In this document: one piece after another, positions 24,997-37,434 of the stretch | Layout of the letters: each line of letters starts with the position of its first letter | Numbering within the stretch: the first letter of the stretch is position 1 | NCBI RefSeq assembly: GCF_041146345.1 | Contig: NW_027191415.1 | Coordinates: forward strand, 806,001-870,000 | DNA: 64,000 nucleotides | Origin: Neodothiora populina | Lineage: Eukaryota | Direction of reading: 5' to 3' | The notes under the pieces: generated by a model | The model's input: only the letters and a program-made list of their open reading frames with translations | The model's database searches: none | Told to the model about the DNA's origin: nothing | Program-made: the position numbers and the translations under genes

Positions 24997-25812
24997 TATA
25001 AGTACGTCTTACAAAACAAATCGTCATTGCTGCGGCTTCTCTCTCCATTTACCAATTTCTGCCTCACGCGTGAGTACGTATTCATCACACATAGACTTTT
25101 TTTGTTTACCCTTACTCACTCTCCGATCACCCACTACCCCTTTTTCACTTTTACCACGAAAAGTCTCACCAAGTATATATTTTATTGCATCTCTTCCTCT
25201 TTTTACCTTGTGTAATGGAACACTGCGTAATGTGATGACAACCTCACCACTCTTTGCGCCCCTTCTGTTGATAGATCCTCGTATACATCTACTCCCCGTA
25301 TGGACAAGTTGCAGATTCGATCATGCATGTGCCGCTTCTCCTTTCACCTTCTAAGACCAGGAAGATGAAAGGAAGCAGCGGTAGATCCTTCTCAAACCAT
25401 CACTTCTAGGTTCTCGCTAGCCGGACAAAGTTGAGCAAGGAAAAGGAAGAAAAAATGACAGGAAGAGATTGATAGTCCTTCTTCGCCTGCCTGGTTCCAC
25501 CAAGGCCAATTCGCCACGTCACAAAAAGGCGTAGATGATGAACATATTTCACGAACCCTTAGCGTCTGCCTCCTTTGTCTGTGATTGATCCAATTGTAAC
25601 CCGTCTCGTTCCAGACGTGGAAATAGGCTCTGTCAGCCCACCATGTCTCATGTTTTCCCTCTCTCGAGTAAGATTCTCCGGAGCCGAAATTCTTTTTCTG
25701 CAATAAAAGCTCGCTTTCGATAGTTCGCTGCGCTCTTTGAGGCAGATTGGCGATCATGTGGACGGTCATGCTGAGTGGGATGCCTCATATATGGTATGTA
25801 TGTGTTGTGTAT
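24997..25812 (+). ncRNA. Putative structured non-coding transcript (lncRNA / hairpin precursor) or distal alternative 5' exon
   Basis: TATA-like element at 24997, CT-rich leader, GTGAGT donor at 25070, long hairpins at 25330-25383 and 25518-25585, AATAAA at 25702 and a TATG-rich 3' tract. No credible ORF. Boundaries inferred. Confidence 0.3.
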
Positions 25813-27025
25813 GTTGACTAGTCGATAGGTACCCTGATCCTGGTGTCCATGGTAACATTCACAATGTCTTTCCTCACTAGCCGGGTCCACGCATTGCCTA
25901 CAGATAAGCTGACTGGATGTCAATGCCTACCAGAGTCATAGACATGCTGCCAAGGCAATCAAGCATGCATGTGGGCCATAGACTTCGTCCCGGAGCGTGT
26001 ACGAAGTAGTGCCATCATGCGGACGATCGCGAGCATGTACAACCATTTTCCGTTCCAATCCATATGAAGGACACAGCAGAGCTTCTCGGCATCGAGTGTG
26101 AGAATCGACATGTCATGCAGTCAAGTTCGCCTAGGTATTGATGCAGCTAGAAATGATCAACGGAGCGGACACTGGTGCCCAAAGATTGTGTCTCAAGCGA
26201 TTGGGAGGCACAAGTCCTAGAGACTGATGGGAGAAAGGAGTAAAGAGATGAAAAGCGTTGGAAGGATGCGTAGATATTGGAGCAAGGTGTCCAGCGGCCA
26301 CTAGCCTGCCTAGGCACGTGGTGAAGTTCATTTTGGGCTTTGAGGACGGAGACATGGTCTCCAGTACTGGGACACCAGGAGAGTGATCAATGAGACCGTT
26401 GAAACACCGATTCGAGACAAATAGAGTACAAGAGGAGGAACAGGCGGAAGTGAGAAAGCCACTTCGGCGGTGATCCCACCTTCGAGTGTTACCTCACTTC
26501 ACATCTGAGCAAGCGAACTTGTGTCCGGCAGCCATTCGATAGGCCATGCTGGTCCGGGATGGGGGGTCTGAGCCGTCTCCACAGTGTTCATCCTTTGGCC
26601 CAGACGGAAAGGTGGGTATCAGTATGCAGACACACAAGAGCTGTTGCAGCGTCAGCACGATGATACCTCGAGTGGTGTGGTAGCTCCTCCGAGTTGTACC
26701 ATGAAAGCTCCAGCTTAAATAGTTGCTCCAATTGCTCCATTATGGGATGTTGTGTCTTCTATTCAATATCAGTTTTGTCGTTGCCTGTCAAGACTCACCC
26801 CATCCCACATTACCTGATCAGATCCGCACTCAACTAGCAAGTAGTATCATGTAGTATTGGTCACGGCGTTGGTGCTAACCAGGCAGGCAGTCAAAGCCTC
26901 TTGCCCAATCCATATAGGGCCGAAGATTGTTTCAGCAGCTCGAACACCTGAAGTAAGTGCTGATCCAAGATCGTCGAAAAGGTCAAGCGCTGATGATGCG
27001 AGGACCAGTTCTTTTATCGTCAAAC

Positions 27026-27373
27026 ATGTGCTTCTTCGACCAAGTCGTTTATAACTGCGGGGACTGGAAATGGGACCGCTTTCGGGGTCACTGTAACCGC
27101 GAATACAGAATTGGTGAAACATGTGGAATGAAATTAGTCCAAGAGATCATCCGAAACAACGACAACTGCAGGATCTGTCAAAAGATTGAAACCAAGAGTC
27201 GACGCAGGGCCGAACAAGTGGCCAAAATCGAGCGATGGAGGGCAGACCGTAGGAAGCTCAACGCTTCCATTGAGAAGGCTATTGAGATAATCCGTGAACT
27301 TGACGGCGAGATTCACGAGCTTCAGATTGAAAAGCAGAGACGGTCTCAAGCCTTCGGCAAAGGCCGCTGTTAG
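27026..27373 (+). CDS. Small conserved fungal Cys-rich/coiled-coil protein (115 aa; tentatively UrdA-like developmental regulator)
   Basis: MCFFDQVVYNCGDWKW..HCNREYRIGETCGMKLV..CRICQKIETKSRR..IERW matches a conserved Pezizomycotina family as I recall it. Good start context (caaacATG) and a probable 5'UTR intron at 26953-27008. The UrdA identity is from memory only. Confidence 0.8.
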   Translation: MCFFDQVVYNCGDWKWDRFRGHCNREYRIGETCGMKLVQEIIRNNDNCRICQKIETKSRRRAEQVAKIERWRADRRKLNASIEKAIEIIRELDGEIHELQIEKQRRSQAFGKGRC

Positions 27374-28060
27374 AAGCGCCAGGGCCCCAGCGATGGCTAG
27401 GTGATCTCCTTCTTCCGAGGTGATGAAGTTGATTGCGTCTCTGGCTTTGAGTACTTGACGTGGAATCTTGCGAGGAGGAAAGAGGCTGATCAAGACGATG
27501 TGGTCGAAATAACGAATTTTACGAGGTTTATAGTCTTTCCTTCCAGTACCAAGATAATGATCATCGTTACTTTTCTTGATGATGTCGGACACCTACACAC
27601 AGAGAGGAGACCCACAGGACTTGTGCTTACTTCGTCACGCGGTCTGTGACTTCTCTATGTGGCTAGCAATATCGCACGCGCCGGGCGGCCAGCGAACCGC
27701 CCAGTGCAGCCACGCCGAAATGTAAGTCGGCTTTTGTGTATTGCGAAGGTGTACTAGATTAGCGCAAGGAAGAAGGAAGTTCTGTATCATGTCAGAAGAA
27801 CGTTGGGCTCCTACTCTCTTGAATCACGTGAGGCGTCTTTTGTGTTTGAAGCGAATCCCTCGCCAGGCGTCCACCAAGGCACGAATACTTCTAGGCGCGA
27901 CAATTAAAGACGATTGAACAACTAGTGCACTTGACTTAGTTAGTGTACTCTACTAAATTGATTTCCTATCTCGACCGAAAAGAAAAATCAGCAAATCCCG
28001 AACGACCATGATTGTGGAGTTGTGAACACATTGTTCTAAAAGAGCGCTTGAGTTTTCTAC

Positions 28061-31000
28061 TCAAGCAGGGGGCCCCGTTGGATGTGGTGGTCCCGATAGG
28101 CCACCATAACCACCGTAACCCGCGCCCCCGATGACAGGACAAGAAGAATAGCACCCATAGATGACAGTAGTGCTCCAGATTGTGGTTGTTGCCATAGTAG
28201 ACATGGAGCAGGTCTCGTTTTGATAGCCAGTGTTGGTGACTTCAGCCGGTACCGAGGATGTTGCTGTAGAATATGTCCCACTGCGCAGTCCACCTGTGCT
28301 CGATCGAGGTGAACCTATTGTCCCAATAAATGTTGGATTGGTGACCGGCGTCCACACGCCGCTTGGGCCTGTCCCGGTCGCACTTGGTACGGCATATGCC
28401 CCCGAGGAGCTGTTGAACATAGGAATGGAAGGACTCGACAATGTCGTTGTAGGCCATGGAGGGGATGTAAAGTTTACGGATGGGGTAAAAAGCGAACCAG
28501 TTGTGCCAGAACGTGGTTGTCCAATGAAAGATGGCGAGGAAGACTTAGGGACACTGGTGAGCAGTGATTCACTCGGTGAAAGTATCCCTGACCCTGTAGG
28601 GAAGACAGGTGTCGAACCATTGGCGATCGATGTAGTGCTCGCATTTCCAGATAGTGGTAGGGTGCTACTGGGGGATGTTATCGGGCTAGGCTGCTCAGTT
28701 CCAGACTTTGGCGCTCCGGTAAAGGTCGCCGAGAACGACGAGGTATTTCCAGGTACCACTTCAGTACTACTTGGAGTCAGAGTATCCACACCTAGATACG
28801 AGGATGTATTCATAGCTGTGATTGCCGAGGAAGTATATGTGCCTGAACGGGGAAGACCGGTGCCAGTATAAGTGGTCTGCCCCGTCACGTTCAGGGATGA
28901 AGACGGTGAGGTATCGATAAACCCGGAAACTACGAAGCCACTAGCACCTGAACTGTAGGATGTACTGACAACAGTATGGTTGGTGAGTAAAGTGAGAGTC
29001 TCCGAGGAGGTGTAGGATGTACCGGTACTGAGGGGCGTCGACGTGTTGGGAAACAATGTAGAAGCACTGACAAAAGTGGTGCCATTGTGTAATGTTGATA
29101 GTGCAATCTCGCTTGAGCCAGAGGAAAGGGCAGTCGTCGCCAAGTTAGTGAAAGGCGCAATTGAAGTCGCAACTTCCGTACCTGATCGCGGCAGACCAGT
29201 AAATGTTGGCGTGATTGTGTTTGATGCTAGCTGACCGGAAGCTTGTGTTGCAGATCCACCAGCAGCGCCTGATGACTCGGAACCGCCGCCCCCACCACTA
29301 CCGCCACTACTGTAGATGACGGTAGAATATGCAGTGGAGTAGGCGGTGGAAAATACACTCTCCGTCACTAACGCTGATGAATTTTGTGCAGGAGTCGATG
29401 CGTTGACTGGAGACATTGTCGGAGTTGTGGATGTCGTGATTGAGCCACCATTGGCTCCGCCTCCCATACCACTACTGCCACCGGCATTGCTATAAGTACT
29501 CGCGTATTGGGTGGTGTATTGACTTGAGTAAACAAGGGTTGAGGAGGTACTATTGTTGCCTGAGCCACTACCACCTGCGCCGCCTGAGCCGCCTGAACCG
29601 GTAGAATTATGATATGGAGTGTCATAGACGGTAGTTGTATTGTACTCTGTCACAGTTGTAGTTGTAGTTGTTGATGTGGAATCCTGCCCCGAAATGGTAC
29701 TTTCACTACTTCCACCAGCACCGCTGCCACCCTCGCTCCCAACCTGTTCGATGTCGCTCGTAGTTGTCTGTGTGCTCTGGCCATTGGGATAGATGGTGTC
29801 AACAATGATGGTCTGGTTCCTGTATTGGATGCCGCCTAGACTGTAGGTAGATGTAATGTTCTTGGTCGTGATGGAACCTGTGCCGTACTGCGATGTCGTT
29901 GAATTTTGTGAGGAACCACCAGTACCACCACTACCACTAGAACCATTCTCACCGCCACTGCTCTCTGATGAGACACTCGTAGTAGCCACTGAGCCTACTA
30001 TCGTTGTGGTAGCGACCCAAGCGACGGTGTATGAGGTATAGTAGGAATAGTACCAGACACCGTCGGATGAGTAGTATGTTGAGTAGACTGTCCCACTTGA
30101 AATGGTACTGCCGTCCGAGACGAATGTGGAATAGCTTGTGACAGCTGCATTGCTCGGGATCCGGCCACTAGTCATAGGCGCGGGGGTAATTAGAGGCATA
30201 CTGTTGCTGCTGTTCGCAAAGACCGAAGACATGATAGAAGGCGTGTTCACGGTTTCACTTGCTGAGGAGGCAAATGTGGAACTGGAGGAACTAGTCCCGG
30301 TAGTGTTCGTCACAGCGATCCGTATCCTCTGGAGTATCACTGCGTTGGCTCCAGGTGAAACAGTGCTATCATTTCCGGAGGTCTTGAGGATACAATTGGG
30401 GACTCCAGAGCCATCGGTGGTGTCGTATACTGCTGCTTGGCAAATGGCGAATCCAAAGAAGTTGTCTGCACGAGCACATGCTGCGGCACATTCATCGATG
30501 GTGGAGTAAGTATAAGTAGCAAGATCTTCGTCGGAAAGACCAGTTGAGCAACGAAGAAGGAAGTCGTAAAGCTGATCATCAACCAATTGACTAATGGTCA
30601 TGTTGTGCTCGTCGGGACAAGTGAAGGTAGGTGAGATAGGTGTAGGAGCGGGTGACAACGCCTCGGTCGAGCTGGAACCTGTGCTGGTGTAGTTTGATGA
30701 AGATACTGCTGAACCAGGCGATGATGTTGGACTTGCAACGGCATAGACTTCTGTAACTGTCGTTTTCGCAGCACGCGCATACAGCGTAGTGTTGACTGTC
30801 TGGAATACGTTGAGACGTGCCAATTGGGTCACATGCTGAATAGGAAGTCAGTTGAGGTTGGCATATATGTTTATCTCATCTTGTTCTTACGGTCGGATCT
30901 GCGGTGTACGTCACAGTCGTTGTGCTCGGTTGGACGGCTGGTAAGCAAGAACAAGCGCTAGACAATTGCTGGCTGTATGCTGGATCGTCGGTCGCTGTTA

Positions 31001-31515
31001 GGTTGTCGGAACCCCCCTGACGCATATAATGAGTTACATCGGCAGCATTGGCACCTCTTCTGAACCTGTGTCCAGCAGCGGCACCCGACGTCGTCAATGT
31101 AGTAGTAACAGTAGTGACGGGTGTAGTGCGAATAATATGCGTGACTGTATTAGTAGATGTGGTATATGTACTCCGGTCGATTCTATAATAATCAGCTTAT
31201 GTATCTTGTTGGAAGTACTGGCACCTACACTGTCGGAATATATTCAACCACAGCTGTTGCTGGTTCAAGTTCAAGATAGCGGCTGCAGAAAGCCTGAGCA
31301 TCGGAGTAATTCTTGACTGCCCTATAGATGTCGTCTTCAACGCAAACTTCTTGCCTAGCTTGGAGTCGAAAGAAGTCCTTCGCGACCTCGATCAACCCTC
31401 GACGAGCTTTCGCAGCGGCAGCACCATTCTCCGGATTGTCTGGGCCAGCAACGAGTGCTGCTGCGAGGCGAAAGGATGTCAAGGCCAAGGCCAACAGGGA
31501 AACAAAAGAGCGCAT
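28061..31515 (-). CDS. Large secreted Ser/Thr/Gly-rich (mucin-like) protein with PAN/apple-like Cys domain, 3 exons (~1100 aa)
   Basis: Signal peptide MRSFVSLLALALTSFRLAAA, dibasic sites, AFCSRYL and SSACSC motifs, and FTCP..C..IDECAAAC..CQAAVY..CILK. Introns ~31183-31228 and 30836-30890. Many N-x-S/T sequons. Confidence 0.85.
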
Positions 31516-32304
31516 GCTTAGTGATGCTACTGATGATATCGATCTTGGATCGGATAGAGGCTTGTGAGTGTTACCATTTCACGACTTGGATGCATAGAGC
31601 ACTATATATACATATATCCAAGAGCACTGAGTTTCCGCATCCCTCGTAAGGACTGGAGTCCCTCGAGACCAGCCACTGGATGCAATGTATTGAAGGTCAC
31701 GTCAAAAAAGGTATGAGGCGGCGCGTGTCCCGCAGTATGAGGTAGGACTTACCTTGCGTGTATTCAGAGATCGGAAAGGCACCCATTACATGAAATGCAG
31801 GTCTCAATCTTGATACATTCTGTAGATATGCAGACTTACTGGTATGTCTCCAGCCCTTGCTCACCGGGAGACGAGGCTCGCGAGTAATCTTAGCCATTCT
31901 CAGGAATGTAGGTCGCACTCTACGGGCGTCGGAGATGCGCCGCCACTGGCAGCATCTTTCAAGAATGGCAAGATCTCAATAGATTCACTGTGTGAGCAAA
32001 GGAGCCGAGCAAGAACTGATGTGATGGGAAATAGGTCAAGGAGGTCGCGCTTTCACGTGACTGCACCATCGAGGATACATATCTGCACCGTTTGCCTTGT
32101 TTGCATGAACATCTGACGTTCGTCCCTTGCCAGGCTTTACCCAGAAAGGCACAGTGTATATACACTATTACAGTAAGACAATAATACTGTACAAAAGCCA
32201 CTGTACTTTTCCTACATTGCTCAAACCTCACGTCGCGTCTTCGACCTGTCTCCTCATTCTGCGCATTCCACGGGAAGCAGTGCGCCACTCGTCAGCTTCT
32301 TCCT

Positions 32305-32891
32305 ATGGGTGTCTGCGCATCTTGTCTTGGGCTCAACCGACGATCGTCGCAGGAGGCAAGTGGTGAAGTGATTTCCAGTCTTGGAATCCCTTGCTGACTT
32401 TATTGAAGCCCGCCGAGACAGAAGGCCTTTTGTACGAGGACTCCCAGCCGCAGTATGGGGCCATTGGGTCCGGTTCGGTAGCCCCAGGCCCAGATCCTGA
32501 AGAGCTGCGAAGGGAGCGTGAAGCGTTGGAACAGATTTGCGCCCAAACGTCAAAGTGAGAAGGCACTTTTGCACTTGTGCGCCTGCGATGAATTGATGCT
32601 GATCATTCTGACTTGTGTAGTGAACTAATCGACGTCTTGCATCACGACGCTGCCATACCTGGTTCGAAGATGGCTAGCGACTACTCACTTCTTCTCAACA
32701 AACACTTTCCGAACCGCAGTGGAGCGTCGTCCCCCACGACCACTACCGACGACGAAGCCGCTTGGCTCAACAACACCCAGGGCGCCGAACGAGAGCTCTG
32801 GGACGAGGTCAAGGGCTTCAGTCAGGGGCACTTGGTCCTCACTCTGCATACAAGCTCTCCTGGAGCAACACCTACATTGAGTGCACAGTGA
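32305..32891 (+). CDS. Ego1/Meh1/LAMTOR1-like vacuolar scaffold of the TORC1-activating EGO/Ragulator complex, 3 exons
   Basis: Spliced product MGVCASCLGLNRRSSQE|PAETEGLLYED..PQYGA..DPEELRREREALEQICAQTSN|ELIDV... Gly2 plus Cys acylation motif, acidic dileucine, and the helix-LIDV LAMTOR signature. Introns 32356-32408 (GC-AG) and 32555-32620. Confidence 0.8.
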
Positions 32892-33160
32892 AAGACGCTC
32901 TTTCTTTTCAGCCTCCACCTCATCATTAGGCTTTCCCTATGTTCGCTTCGTTTATTCTTATGATGCAATATACCCCAGCGCAGCGATTTTTCCTCTTCTT
33001 CCCCATAATTCGCTTAGGCAGGACCCTTTGTCCAACTAATTCAACTAGTCATCCCCTACTTCCAGGTTATGTTTGCTCAAAGGTTGTTGCTAGATCGACT
33101 GAATCAATATGTCATTATTTCCGTGTATATACACCTCTATGTTCATTTATGCTTCATAAT

Positions 33161-34723
<1,563 letters not shown>

Positions 34724-35606
34724 TGTGATATGGAAGACAAATAATTGACAATTCTGATATGGCTAAGTCGTCCAGGGCACGATGCTTTATGTACTATCAG
34801 CGACTTGTGATTATTCTAGCAACTACTACTTCGAGATTAATAATCATCACCGTAGAGCCTGCACAGTCGTTCGCCATGGCGTCACGAATTGACTAATGAA
34901 ACCCGAGATAAGCCGGCCAAATGACGGCTTGCACCTGTGAGACAGTGCAGAAAAAAAACACAGTGTTGAAAAAGGTACCCCTCCGGCAATAAGCTACTGT
35001 GCACGTTCTTGTGCAATCGTATTCTCCATACAACCGAAATATATGATTCGACTTTCCAATGTTCATTTGGCGATGGAACACTGGTATACAAGCACCTCAG
35101 TACGATGACCAACAAGCGTGCAGATGAATCTGATCTCTATCTTAGTTTCCATGCATGAGCTGCCTTTTGACACACGAAATCACAATTGACGTTTGCAGCA
35201 CGAAATACAAGGGTACACTGCGTTGTCACCTCACTTTATCATATTTCCTGACGTTAGACATCACGCTATGCAGTGTTCCAGAGTTTTCTTCGCATGTCAG
35301 GCACACACAGACCGGCTAAGTGCAGTGGGGGTGCAGTACTCCGTATGAAGGTACGTACCCCTTCCGACGAAAAGTCGCCGAGTTCGCGGCGAATCATCCG
35401 GCGTGGTCCAGAATTGATGGGGTAACTGACGTGGGGGATCACGCTTCCAAGACATCCATACTCGCCTCCATTGATAAACTAATATTGACCACCACGTCTG
35501 CTTAGGAATCTTGGCTTGCAAAGCGTGGCAATCTCAAGGGTAGGGAATTTGTAAACGCAAATCTCTCGCCAATTGTTACCCATCACATCTGCAGCATACC
35601 GACCAG

Positions 35607-37235
35607 ATGGCCCCTACACTGTGGATACTAGGGGTTTCCTTAGGCGCCGCTGTTGTATCCGAGCGTGTCATACCTGCTTCGAATGGTCAATCCCATTACG
35701 CTAGGACAGCTGTTGTACTGGCAATCGTACAAGTTTTGGCTTGGATTGCATGGCGTGTCGTCATCTGGCCGAAGCTATTCAGTCCTTTGAGAAGACTTCC
35801 GACACCACCAGGTGCTCATTATTTCCTCGGACATGGACGTATCATCCTGCAGAAAGCATCTGGTGAGCCTATGCGAGAATGGATAGACACTGTTCCCAAC
35901 GATGGACTCATCTATTACTTGAATTGGTTGAACATGGAGCGTGTGCTCTTGACAAATCCAAATACACTCGCTGAAGTCCTCACTCTCAAAAATTACGAGT
36001 TCATCAAACCAGCACATTTCCGTACTGTATTAGGACGTATATTGGGTGTCGGCGTCCTTCTTGCGGAAGGCGATGAACACAAAAGGCAGCGGAAGAACCT
36101 GATGCCAGCCTTTGCATTTCGCCACATCCGTGACTTGTGTCCTCTGTTCTGGACGAAGTCTGTGGAAATGATTGAAGGGATTTCCGAAGCTATCACACAG
36201 CCAGCGATAGACGCAGAGAAATCTTCGAACATCATCGAAGCTGGTGATTGGAGTAGTCGAGCTACTCTGGACATCATTGGATTGGCAGGCATGGGCCAGG
36301 ACTTTGGTGCGATCAAAGACCCTTCAAACAAGCTCAGCCGGACATACAAAGCAGTGTTCACTCCACCACGATCAGCTCGTATTCTGGGGATTATAGGTTT
36401 GTTTGTACCGATCTGGCTCCTCCAGAGGCTGCCAATCAAGCGCAATCAAGAGCTCTCAGAAGCATCTGAAGTCATTAAACAAACATGTCGCGATTCAATA
36501 ACCACTAAAAAGGCCAAAATGGAGAGTGGAGAGAAGAGCGAGCTGGACATTCTCAGCGTTGCACTCGAGAGTGGTGGATTCACCGACGAAGACCTAGTGA
36601 GCCAGATGATGACGTTCCTCGCGGCAGGTCATGAAACGACCTCGTCTGCTTTCACCTGGACACTGTACTATCTCTGCAAGTACCCTGAAGTCCAGAAGAA
36701 GATGAGAGAAGAGATTCGTCAAGTCCTGCCTTCGCCACGTGCGTCCAGAGACCAAGTCACCGCGAAGGACCTGGACAATTGTCGTTACATTAACGCTGTC
36801 TGCAACGAGGTGCTTCGAGTCATGCCGCCAGTATCCTTAACGATGAGGGTTGCTGCAAACGACGCAACAATCAATGGGCAACTCATTCCCAAAGACACCA
36901 CTGTCGTAGTGGCCCCTTACGCTGTGAACACCAGCGCACCACTGTGGGGCCATGACTCGAAGGAGTTCAAGCCCGAGCGGTGGTTGGCACCAGGACAGGC
37001 TGGCAAAGGCGGTGCGGAGAGCAATTACAGCTTTCTGACCTTTTTGCACGGCCCGCGAAGTTGCATCGGGCAAGCCTTCTCAAAGCTGGAGCTCGTTGCG
37101 CTGCTGGGCGCTTTCGTTGGCCGTTTCGAGGCCGAGTTTCGGGACGAAGGGTTCGAGGCTGAGATCCAGGGTGGCATTACCTCCAGGCCAAAGGGTGGAT
37201 TGTGGCTAAAGGTCAAGGACACGGGTGACTGGTAA
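35607..37235 (+). CDS. Cytochrome P450 monooxygenase (probably CYP617/FUM15-like), intronless
   Basis: N-terminal TM segment, AGHETT (I-helix), EVLR (K-helix), PERW, and heme motif FLHGPRSCIG. Confidence 0.95.
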   Translation: MAPTLWILGVSLGAAVVSERVIPASNGQSHYARTAVVLAIVQVLAWIAWRVVIWPKLFSPLRRLPTPPGAHYFLGHGRIILQKASGEPMREWIDTVPNDGLIYYLNWLNMERVLLTNPNTLAEVLTLKNYEFIKPAHFRTVLGRILGVGVLLAEGDEHKRQRKNLMPAFAFRHIRDLCPLFWTKSVEMIEGISEAITQPAIDAEKSSNIIEAGDWSSRATLDIIGLAGMGQDFGAIKDPSNKLSRTYKAVFTPPRSARILGIIGLFVPIWLLQRLPIKRNQELSEASEVIKQTCRDSITTKKAKMESGEKSELDILSVALESGGFTDEDLVSQMMTFLAAGHETTSSAFTWTLYYLCKYPEVQKKMREEIRQVLPSPRASRDQVTAKDLDNCRYINAVCNEVLRVMPPVSLTMRVAANDATINGQLIPKDTTVVVAPYAVNTSAPLWGHDSKEFKPERWLAPGQAGKGGAESNYSFLTFLHGPRSCIGQAFSKLELVALLGAFVGRFEAEFRDEGFEAEIQGGITSRPKGGLWLKVKDTGDW

Positions 37236-37434
37236 ATTTGGGCACAATATTCTTGCTTGCTGCAATTGCAGTGACCTTGTCCTAATGTATGGATCACCAA
37301 CAACGGTCTTGGATTGTCGCAAAGATCGTGTCTGCTGCCAGGGGTGCTAACTTGCGAGATTGTGAATAATTTTAATCTAGGGTTCATACTATGTACAGAC
37401 TGACACGCTTGCTTGTTCATAATGAAAACGATGA

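Noticed and set aside
25394..25610. Possible telomerase RNA, snR30/U17 or C/D snoRNA in the gene desert
   Set aside because: No TAACCCTAA-type template (only AACCCTTAG and TAACCCG). AAACCAT lacks the partner ATATTCCTA motif. The RTGATGA boxes have no suitably placed CTGA.
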